Source: Tubulanus polymorphus (Eukaryota > Animalia > Nemertea). Taken from it: DNA of 64,000 nucleotides. The stretch is taken from NCBI RefSeq assembly GCF_964204645.1, contig NC_134028.1:10602001-10666000 (forward strand), written 5' to 3'. The notes beneath the pieces were generated by a model. It saw only the letters and a program-made list of their open reading frames with translations, had not been told where the DNA came from and ran no database searches. Below are positions 48,555 through 60,500 of the stretch, piece after piece (positions within the stretch are counted from its first letter, which is position 1; each line of letters opens with the position of its first letter). A program made the position numbers and the translations under genes.

Positions 48555-51500
48555 CAAAAAACCCATTTTTGCTGGGTTGGCTCCTTCAATGTCAGCCTAA
48601 TAAATCCCGATTGACCTTCACAATTGAATCTCATCAAGCAATTTCACGATATCCATCAATTCCTTGATCTATAAGGCCAAAAAATATATATTCTGTTTCT
48701 GGTCAGGTCCTTCTGCACAAAATGATGTGGTGATGCAGTTTTTTTTTAAATCTTACATTTGAATATCGAGTGTGATGGATAAGTCGACAGGAACAAGTCC
48801 GAACGGACGTATAGTAGCCGGCCCTTTCAAAATTGATATCGATATCAACATGCTTTTGGTTTTCATTCACAATCGACAATAGCAATGAATAGTTGGACGA
48901 AACTGCGTTTTACTTCCTCGTTTGACGATATTGGCTACTAGATGGCGCTAGCACACGGTGCGCGAATTTTGGAGCCAGTTTTTGTTTCCGAATAAAAAAT
49001 TTCGACGCTGGGGTTCTAGATCGACGCGCGCGCTGAAGAGAATACATTTTTTTTTTGGCCTAACAGTAAATATTTTTGCAATTTGTTCACCCAGTACTGG
49101 GAGAGACTGGTTTGCGGGGCTGGTTGCTGGTATAACCCCTCCTAAATTTTGATAGGCTCCTTAAATGTCAGCCTGGCAAAATCCCAATTAACCTTTCCAA
49201 ATAAAATTCAAGAAATCTCCCCCTCCCATAAGCCTGGAGTAATCCCTTTCTTCACATGCCTCAAGCAACGTGTCCTCCCAGAAGCCTGGAGAATGTTGAG
49301 GCCTTTCTCACCATGCCCCTCTATTCCTGGATCCATATTATGCCTTACAATATATATTACAATAAATATAGAAAATTGTACACCCTGTACTGAGAGTGGC
49401 TGGTTTGCAGTGCTCTGTATGGGGATACTTTCATCGCGGAGAATTGACCAATTAAGTATACATAGTATATATTACATTGAAACTTTGTATGGGTCTATGT
49501 CCACCTTACATTTCTAACATCACTAACGCTCCACTGTGCCCCAGTTAACAAACTAATACAAATAATCAGGCTCCAAAACAGATCGCTAATGCAAACGTTA
49601 ATAAAATGACTTCAATTAATGATGACAAAACAAGTATTCCAGTCGTGTAAATATCAGACTCATCTCTAAAAATTTGACGCTATCAGTGAATCAGCCGTGT
49701 GGCGAACCCGGAAGTAAATTTCCGCATTTTGAAACCACATTTTCGTTATCTTGATGCAACGTTACCTTACGCACGGAATATCAAAACTAGATGAATCATT
49801 GAACACATCGCACACAATAAATCGTTATATCATACGCCTTGAATATCAGTATTCGCGCTAGAAATGATGAATATCAACCTATTCAATCGTGCCGCCATTT
49901 TGTTTGTGAAATAACGCGCACCAGCTGATCCACCTCGTTCAATGTTCGATGTTGATGACATGATGGAAGTCAAAACCGGGTCAACACAAATTTTATAGAA
50001 CTCTTTGAAAGCCCATAACTACCGAACCAAGCGTCGGATCTTGGTGATATAAAGTTCTTCCGACGCAAATAGCATTGAATTTTCACATGTGTTATTTTGG
50101 ACATTTAAAGATGCTGCATAAGAAAACGTGCTGAAATAAATCAAATTTTTGAAAATTTTTGGTAAATTTCTCAAAAAAATATGAAACCCACGGCTTTCAA
50201 CATTGCGCACCATAAAGAAAAACCAATTACGAAATATATTTTTGCTTAATCCGTTCAATTCGCCCATTAGTAGTGAAATTACAGGTTAATGAAATTGCGT
50301 TCGAGTGTGCTAAAAACAGCTTCGAGCGTAGTGTATTAAAGGATAACTAGCATACCTCCATCAAAATGCCACTTTAAGTTTTAATTTGTTGAGGGGGTGA
50401 TAATAAATGGATCAGTACCAAAAATCTTGATTATAGTTGTTTATTAGTTGATGTAGAGCCGTTTGAAAAACGGCAAATTCATCGTCTGCTAACCACGTAT
50501 ATTGAAAACCGACTACTAGCGCCGCCACCGTCGTGTGACGTCACAAGTTGAACCGGCTTTGTTGCATTACATTGGAAACTTATCAATAACGCTTATAAAT
50601 GATATTTAAACAAATAAATGTTTTTAATGTGATCGTGATTATTCAATATGGATTGAAATAATTCGGACAGGCGTTTTTCCTTCCTTTATTGATAATATAT
50701 TGGGTTTCTAGAAGTAGGGCAAAATGTCAATTCGAAAGTAACGCCGTAGACAGAGAGCTGAGTTCTATTGTACTGCCGGGTAGCCCGGGGGTTGTTTAGG
50801 TTTTGGTTACGATAAGAAAATTGATAATTGACGTATTTTTGTCAAGTAACCTAGCCTGAGGCCGTAGTGTCACACCGAGAGGCTTGATTGCGCATAGTAA
50901 CTCCAGGCGTCAATCTCGGGGATTCAGTATATTAATTACCGTACACAATGCCCGCGCGCAATTAGAGTCTTATCAACGATGCGGTCTGTTTTGGTTAATC
51001 TAGTCCATATCTTTGCTGGTAGTCTTATGCTACAGATGCAAAGAGGATGGCGGATGACCGAAGTCAAAATTCTACGCTCGCGAAAAAAGAGAAAAAACGA
51101 GTGATCGGAAAGAGATGTGCTGTTTGGGGATGCGGGAATACCAATGCTAATTCAGGATTGGGCATTCATGGTTTCCCAGATCGCGAGAAATCACCTGTGC
51201 GGTTTAAGTCATGGTGTAGCATTATCAATCACACTCGAGCAGATTTCACCTATACGAAAACCGGATCATTCGTATGTACGGACCACTTCGATGACGAGCA
51301 ATGCAACCGAAAGAAATATAAAATGATGAAGGAAATAAACCCGACTGGGCGATTTCAGTGGCTTCTTGAGCCAGGTGCTGTGCCATCCATTGCTAGAATG
51401 CCTAAGAAGCCAGTACACGGTACTCCTGTTCCATCAACGTCACTAGCAGCGCGGCGGCAACGAGGGCCGGAATCAACTACTAAATCAGAAAATATGTCAA

Positions 51501-54500
51501 AACGGACAGCTGCCGAAAAAAGGACACGGAAACGGGTAATTATCTTATTCTTGATGTTCGTTAATCTTTTTACCCTATTTCCATTTTTGTTTGTTTGTTC
51601 GATCAGGGTATTCATTTCATGTCCCGGCGCCGGTGTGACATTATCTGCCCAATAAATAAATTTGAATTTGACTTGACAAGCCACTCATGACTCAGTTGGC
51701 GGTCCCGGAGTAGTTTGCGAAAAGGACAACTATGGTATATTAATTCACTAAATATTGACCCCATAGGCACATGTGGTTACGCCAGGGTAAACTTAGATAA
51801 GTGGTATGTGTATTTGAACAGCTTAGGAAGACTGAGTCGAGTGATATCGATTGTCTAGGCCTACTTACTAAAAAACAATTCAATCCAATTAAATTTATTT
51901 CATCCGAGCAGTAGGCCTAATACAAGTTACACGATTCTGGAGGGTCCCCAAGCTACTACACACCCCATGGCCGAACTCTGTGCCAAAAAGAATGAACACT
52001 AACTGATATTCTGCTTATAATTTACATTTAGCGGGATAGAGAGTATGAATGATGAAGTCACTACTGATCCTCATTTGTGATTTCTCAGATTTTCTCAGTC
52101 TCGCTCTGTATCATTATGATTCCTTTGCTCAAAAGATGTTATGCATGTTGTATTTTGGGGCTACAACGTATACGACAAGAGCCAATGCTGTCATTGATGA
52201 TTTATGTCATGATCGATATTGAGTGATTTTTGATTGTCATACTTATTTCAGCTCGCCAATGATGCAATATCAGACGATACGTATGATGATAGAGAATTTC
52301 TTATGCATCAAGAGTCTGAAGCAGCTGAAGATGAAGGTGCTGGTGAAATCCATCATCAAGACCTTGATACAGTACAGGTTAGTTTTGCTGCCCATATGAT
52401 TGTCAATACTGAATTTTTCAAATGACTCCGACACAATTGGCTTATCAAAATCCATATCGAAATCAAGTTCGTACAATAAAAAATGCTGTTTTAACCCTAA
52501 AAGGACATTATCAGTAACCTCATTAAATAATTGAGGCCTACTATTATTTGTTTTGGCTGAGAAATGTAAATCAATCGAAAATCTTATTTGTGTTATATTT
52601 TTAAGAAGTAGGCCCACTATAGGCCTATCACTCTTGGGTTGCAGTTTTAGCTGTCCGGTGAAGCCTTGACAAAGCCTATGTAACGTGAATTAAATCATCT
52701 CTTTTTAGACCCACAGTAAAAAGTCCGCTCAGGCAAACTTGATGCCTCAACATAGATCGGCGGCCATTCAAGTGAATAGAAGACACAAAACGTTCGATAG
52801 AGGTATGTTCTAATGCTTTTATTCATTAGCAATGAGTTATGTTGATGTATTATATGGTTGTTATATGGTAGTCATTTTTTTCAATTATAGGGACTCAGAC
52901 TGGTTCTCCGGTGATTGAAGTTCAAGAATCAGGATCATTGGATGTAGTCAATGCAGGTAAATAGACTCAGTTTCTCCTTTTGTGTTTGTGTGTTATCAGT
53001 CATACAAAATTATTCTTTGAAGAGAATTTACTGATTCATGCCACATGATGAATCCCTATAACAATTGTAGAGGCCCACTCAAATGTTGAAAAGCTTTTTT
53101 ATTCAATGGAAGCAGTTCTATTGATGTCAAACTATAGTAATGATTTGATTCAATTTCATGTCAAGGAGTTCATATTCAATTTTTTGTTTACGAAGGAACC
53201 CAAACTGATATGGAGCAACCAGTGACAGTGAAGAGTTGTGGTTGTGAATGTGCTTGTGGATCAAAAAAACTAACCTGTAGTCATAGATCGTCCACCTCTG
53301 ACATGGAAGACGCATATATCGATAACCCACATGATGTCGATTATACGCCAGATTCCGATAGTGAAGATGATGCAATAAGTGTCGAAGAGTTTCACATAGA
53401 TCAGAAGTAAGAATTATTGGGCTGGATTGTACCCTAAGCGACCAAGACATTCTTGCTTTTATTAAAAAGATATACATGTTTATGTCATGTGCAGTCTGAT
53501 GTAACTCGTCATTTTTCTTTTTTTAGTGAAGATCCAGTTGATGAAAAAAAATACTTTGTATTTCATTCTCAACTGATGTTACTATTTAGCACTTGTCCAG
53601 TGTGTTCAAATACGTGTAGTCGACTGGTTAAAAGGATAGGGACATTCATATCAATTAAGCAGAAATGTTTGCTACCACAATGTGCATATGAAAGGTTAGT
53701 TAATTTCGGTGTGAAAAAATGTGTTTGCCCTCAGTGGATTTCTAAACCATACCTTGTAAATGTATTTCAGATTTTGGGACAGTCAGCCTTATATAGGCAG
53801 CATTCCAGCAGGAAACATTTTGCTGTCTACATCGATACTGTTTGCGGGCTCAACTGCTGCTAAAGTTCTAAAAGTTCTGAACTACTTTGGATGTCAGGGG
53901 TACCATTTCACCACTTTCTTCCGTCACCAACGAAATTTCCTGTGGCCGGCCATTGAAACAGTGTGGAAAACAAGCCAGGAAGAAGTAATCGAAGCAGTGA
54001 AAACTTCAGGAAAACCTGTCATAGTCGGAGGAGATGGCAGATCAGACAGCCCTGGCCATTGTGCTAAATTTGGCTCGTATTCTTTGATGGAGCTTAATGT
54101 TAACAAGATTTTAGATGTGAGGCTTGTTCAGGTAAGTGGCTAGGTTTATAAGTTTTCAATTGGACAATACCGTCATGAATCATGAAGTTATCTTTTTCAT
54201 TTTCCGTTGCAGTCAAATGAGGAGAATGTTACTCATAGCGTAAATATGGAGACGGAAAGCCTGATAAGATGTGTGCAGTTTCTGAAATCTGTTGATGTTG
54301 ACATCTCGAAAATAGTAATGGATCGTCATGTACAGATAAACAAATGGCTCCGTGAAAATCTACCCGAAGCTGATCACCGTTTTGATGTGTGGCATCTTGC
54401 TAAGAGTATGTCTCCGTTTAATTTCCCAGGTTGAAAGCAATATTTTACTGATCAGATTTCTTATAAATAAGTGTTTTCTTTTGTCGATTCAGGCTTGAAG

Positions 54501-57500
54501 AAAAAGATTTTAAAGATCGGAAAAGAAAAAGATTGCGGTATAATAAATGAATGGTGCCGGTCCATGATAAATCACCTATACTGGTGTGCCGCTTCCACCC
54601 CGGATGGAGACAAAGATCTGATGCTGGCCAAGTGGCTCTCCCTGGAGAACCACTTACACAACAAACATGAGGGCCATAGCAATATTTTCCCTTCATGCGG
54701 CCACGATAAGCTGATAGGACATGAAAAGCACAAAAAATGGATTGAACCAGGTAATCTATAGATATATGTAGCAATAGTGATGTAGGATGAAGCTTAGATT
54801 GAATTTCTTCAGTCAGATCTGTATGTTGGATATTTACCACAGATATATCACTTTTCCAGGATCGAAAGTATCAGTTCGTGTATCAGCCTTGATCGACAAT
54901 ACAATGTTCAAGACAGCTGTGAGGAAGATGTCACCTGGTGAACAGACTTCAAGTTTGGAGGCTTACCATAGCTTAATTTTACATTTTGCCCCCAAGATGA
55001 TTGGCTTTGGATTTCATGGATTGAACTCTCGGTAAGTAAAGGACCATATAAAGTTAATATATTGGTTTTTTCCCAATCAATTCAAATGTTTTTAATGAAG
55101 ATCTTACTTCTCAATTAATATGGAAAAAAAATTTCAGTCTCATTCTAGCAGCTCTACATTATAATGAGAATGGCGATAAAGAGCAGGCTGTGACCGAGGA
55201 AGGAGTACTCCGTTGGGCTGTGCCTTTTACCAAAGCGAAGAGTGGAGGGTATTCAGTTAGGCCAATAAAGAAAGCAAGCACCCATGGTAAGTCCTGATGA
55301 AATGTGCCTTTATCTTATTGGATAATTACAATTGTGACATTCAGTGTATATCTTTTTATCTACAGGTTATGTAAAAAAGCTGCTTCATGAGGTGCAGAAA
55401 CGGTGCATTAACAAGCCTCTTCCTACTTTAGAGGCCGAGGTTCCGCCGTCGCTCTGTAGCTCATATACTCGCCCTGTGAAGGATGTTGCTGTGAGGGAGT
55501 ATTCGGAAAGATATCAGCGCTACACGAAAGCTCTTTACACACAGTCTGAGCTGAAATCTCAGGAGTCGATCGAAAAACCGTCAAAATCGAAAACTCAGGA
55601 GTCGAATGAAAAACCGTCGAAATCGAAAAATCAGGAGTCGAACGAAGCACCATCTGTTCGAAGGTCGAATCGAATTGCATCAAGGAAAAAATGAAGCGCA
55701 AATTGACAATTAATACGTATTCTGTACATTATGTTCAAATTACAATCTATATTTATATACACATATTTACAAGTCTGATTATATACATAGATTCAATGAA
55801 TGTCTCAAGTTATCTGATCCAAATCTAGGTACTTGAATCCAACATTGTCGCCGATTGCCGGAAACGTCTGGCAAATTACTTCCAGGGCACATGCTGGTAA
55901 TGGAACACGGTTTTTTTCCCCGAGGAACCCCCAGCACCAACGAACTAGCTGGCGATATGCCACATAACGATATTTCCTGCAATAGAGAACGTACAGATCA
56001 TGAACCAAATGTGAAGTTTTTTTAACATTCAGAACAGTATCGTATTCCAGAAAAAGCAATTCAATTTATTTTTTATGTGAAATTTATTTAATTATTTCAT
56101 TTATGATTGTTATGTCAACAGTTATGTATTGATTACAGTCACCTTGAATTATAACTTACTCATTTATTTCTCCATCTACTTGGGCTCTGTATTGCTGTCT
56201 ATATTGATAATACGCGGTCTCCAGCACCCAGATGTCAAGACAGTTTGAACGAAACCCCGGATGGCAAGTGATGCACTTGATGCTGCTGTCATATTCATCA
56301 TTATATTTTTCAATCCTTGCAAGGATTGGGCCCTTCTCGTTGCAGCAGGCATTTTCCTCTGGAGTCTCCATTATTTCACAACATTGACAGTCGCACCTAT
56401 TAATAATAATATTTCAAATTTAAGATTGACTTATAGGAAGTCTTCGACTTACTTATTCACGAAGGAGTGAAGGGAAAGAGAAAAGCGGACAGTTAATATG
56501 TTCAAATTGGAAGGGAGGACGTAATCGGAGTGAACATGTGATTTTTAAAGATCAATTAAGTAAATTGAATTTATGTTCGTGTCACAAAAACATCGTCATC
56601 GCGTGCAGTGAATCCAGTTAAATTTCATCCCCACCAACCATAAATGTAGACCACGCTTAATGAAAATACAGTACGTATACAAAATAACAGTACGACCTAA
56701 AATCTACCTACCAATCGGTGGTTTCCATCCGCTGACGCCAAATATCATCGATTTCTTCGCCATCGCTGTCGTTCGTCATATCATCGCTCGATTCACGCGT
56801 ATTTTTTTCGGCCATCGGTTCAAATTGATACCCGAATATCGTACCACAAATTGGGCCACCATATCCATCACCATAACTCTATTCACCTGATGAATTACTA
56901 TCGCAAATATCGATCGAATCTACTTCGCTACTGTCGCTATAATACTCAGCCATGTTGTCTCTGTGGTGTATGTTCAACTAGTGACGTCACGTCAACATAG
57001 GGGCGCTGCTATCTGCGTTTTGAAAAATCAAAGAGCAGACGATGCTTTGTTCCGCGCAAAACCGCTCTAAAATTCACTTTCGACCCACAAAAAAATGATA
57101 ATTCAACAATATTCCCACTTTGTGATATATCAGGAATATAAAAACGCGAAGTTGCTCTGAGCATGCTAGTTACACTTTAAGCATACAAATGATTATCCAT
57201 CGGCCAAACCGTTGACATAGGCTGCTAACGCGATCCAAAAATGTAAATCCCTTATGTGTTTTGTAATCAGCGTTTGATACAATCCATCTTTTCATCAAAT
57301 GCTGCAAACCTACAATAGCTAACCTTAGAAAGTGCCTTCACCTGTCCTTAGAAAATATGTTCCTGTATGAAATGTATTCAAACTTAACCCTTTAACCGGC
57401 AATTGGTCGACAGCGACTGATTTGAATAGACCAGCTATAGTGAATAGAATAGCCAAGAATTGATTTCAGTGAAGCATTCATGCCGGTCGGCCATCTTGAT

Positions 57501-60500
57501 TCTGACAGGGCCAGTTTTTGGGCTGAAGGTGTGTCTAAGGTAGATACATGTGTAACCCAAATATCTAGACATTACATTGAAGCGTCTTCAAAACTTCCCA
57601 AAATATCTAGATTCCATCTACGGACGGACGGACGCTACGACGGACGAAAAGTGAACGCAATGGCCAGCTGGGACTAAAGTTCCAAGTGGGCTAAAAATAC
57701 TGGCCGGTTTAAGCATTAAGCCAACAAGATAAATGTAATTTCCTCATTAATGGAAGCAAGAATCTTGATCATGCAGTAAATCTACCAATAATCAGTACGT
57801 ATATGTATATCACAGCATATTGTATATACCGGTATAATATTCATATACCATATTTTCCGGCCAATAAGCTGAAGCAGTTTTTGGCCTTAAATACATGGAT
57901 TTCAAAAATTTTCGACCAATAAGCCAAGGCCCTTTATCAAAGAGTTTAATTCACTGACTAGTCAATTAGTTTTCTTAATTGATGATGAAAGAGCCTGATA
58001 AACACAAGCATAATACGCGCGGTATAAGTGCTGTCATTAGGGCTGTCGCTGAGTCACTGTGCTGTCATAGACTTACTCAGGCGATAACTAATACACACAG
58101 CCATATATTGTATCCTCTGAGGCACGTATATATTACTATCTGTCACACATGCCCAATTTTTCATATGAAATTAAATTAATAACACCAATGTTCTTGCTAA
58201 CTGACAATGTTGATTTTCCAATAGGATACCAGCAAGGCTACTAAGGGAAGCGAGGATTCAGCGATAATCCGCCAGCATTGATAGTGGCACTGGGTTACCG
58301 TGCTTCAATTTCTTCTACATTTCAATAAACTTCCGAGTCTAATTTTCTGATAAGTAAATCAATTTTCAGTGATATCAATACCACACACTGAGTGAAAAAG
58401 GAAATATATCAATTCGATGACTCGTTTGATAATTTCCGGATTGGGAACCCAAAAAATAATGTTCAGATTTCATTGAAAATGAACTGATTTTCACTACGAG
58501 TAACCCAGTGATTTGTTGCGCCATCTGGTGTTGCCAGTATCCCATTCTTCATCTGTGGTTATAACTTGTCTTTTTACAGTGAATGGCATTTTTCGTGCTG
58601 GGGTTGTTAAGGCTATCATTCCCATATCATGAAATGTATTTCTACCATCAAGTGTACGGATGTTGGCGTCCATGTTATTTGCTGCGTATTGACCAAAATC
58701 CCCAGGGATAAAACCAGGGAGTTCAGTTTTTTTAAATGCAGTAGCGCATCAAACTTCTGTATTTCTGAATATGAACAACAGAACCAATGACTAAATAACA
58801 TATCAATCAAGAACTTTGATTGACCACTGAATGAGCACAGAACAAAACATCGCACGAACAGCATGACAGACAGTAGGATACATAACTGCTGTGAGTTGAT
58901 GAAAGAATCAAAGTAATAAAATAGTTCAAAATAGATCACTGGTAGAAAATAATGACGTCAAATAAATATGGACCACTCTTCTTGGTACTGCTGATCTTTG
59001 GGAGCATTTGAGTGACATATGTAGATTGGGAAGTGATATTTTAGATCATGATATTAGTGGGTAAAAATCTGAGGCTAGAAAATGGACTTATTTGCCCGGA
59101 AAATACGGTACGTAGATTATAAAATGAATTGAAAAGTATGAAGTGCATTTTCAGTTGCTCTATGATTTATCATCACGTCCCAAAAATGGTCAAGAACTAG
59201 TTCCAAAAGATTAATATCACCAATAAGTGTAAAATGTTAATAGGTGGAAAAATGACGAACTTACAATTCTATGAAATCCGATTGTAGTACTTGTTCCGAA
59301 TTTGTTTCATTCAGTTTCATTTTTGTACTGAATGCAGCTATATTCAATAATCTGTAATAAGAATGCAAGATGCAATGCTACAAACATGAAAAAGTATCTA
59401 AGTATAAGATTCAATCAATTAAGCTGAAAACAAAAGATACCATATTTTTGTGACATGAATTATCTTAAGTTCATTAATGATTCAAGGTGGGTATGATTAT
59501 AACATATTCAATCATTTATTTTCGTTTGTGTAACACGAGTATCCAGATTTTAGGAGAGAAAATAATGTTATTATGGCGACAATACAAACAGATGGCTAAT
59601 TAACATACGGAGGTAATACAGTATACCACATAAATGTTGTCATCATCAACAGCAAAAGAGAGCAATAATGGTATTTTCCAGATTGAAAAAATCTTGAAAT
59701 GGAAATGAGATGGCGAACTTACAAGCTTAACTACTACATAAACAGAATGCTATTTGTATTGTTAAACTTCATTCATGCCATTCTGCTAAAGAGGAAACTA
59801 GTTTATTCTGATGTTTTCCATCATGTCCCAGCCAAGAAATTTATATCAATCAAGATTTTCATACAAAAACCCATTAAATACAACAATTTTGGCACTTTCG
59901 CCTACACAAAATTTGTATTCAACGTACAACTGTAAGGGTAATCTCAACTGACTGTGGTTTTTCTTGCATGAACTGCTAGGCCCTATTGCTGAATAATGAA
60001 AACAAAAACAGAACGATTTTTCTGAAAGCAAAATACTTTGATGCACAATAGATAGATCAACCGGACAAATGTATGCATCAAAACGTCGCACAGAGAGCGA
60101 TGCCGGTGTTGGTGTCACTGAGGCAGGCTGATGATTGCTTGTGTCATTTCGTTTGTTTACGTTGTTCGGAGCTTGGTTTTTAACCCTATTGGATTGTTCA
60201 TTTAACCTCACGATGGGACGGCCTTTGAGTTGCCCGCACACCGTACGAAGCCAACAGGACTCGAACCCACTTGACACTCAGCACTGATAGTGGATGCAAC
60301 AGCATCACGCCTTATCTCACTGAGCTACCGAGGCCAATCGATTTAATTCCAAAAAATTACAGTAGCGGCAAATAACCATCGTGATATTGAAATTTACGAC
60401 AAACAACGTGTAAATTTAATCACTTTTGTGGAGAACATAATAAGAGTTATTTTTCCGGCGCTCATTACAAAAAGCGAATCTATCTGCCTTATGAGTGTGC

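Larger units (their letters stand above)
50340..57176. mobile_element. Kolobok DNA transposon (6.8 kb, autonomous-type) in an XPO6 intron
   Basis: TTAA TSDs (50336-50339, 57177-57180). TIR AGGATAACTAGCATAC / GCATGCTAGTTACACT (13/16), with AG...CT ends. Subterminal inverted similarity. THAP-DDE transposase with a convergent Cys-rich KolX-like gene. Confidence 0.9.

Noticed and set aside
48389-48667. 92-aa ORF with an IYIY run
   Set aside because: Translation of a (TA)n microsatellite.
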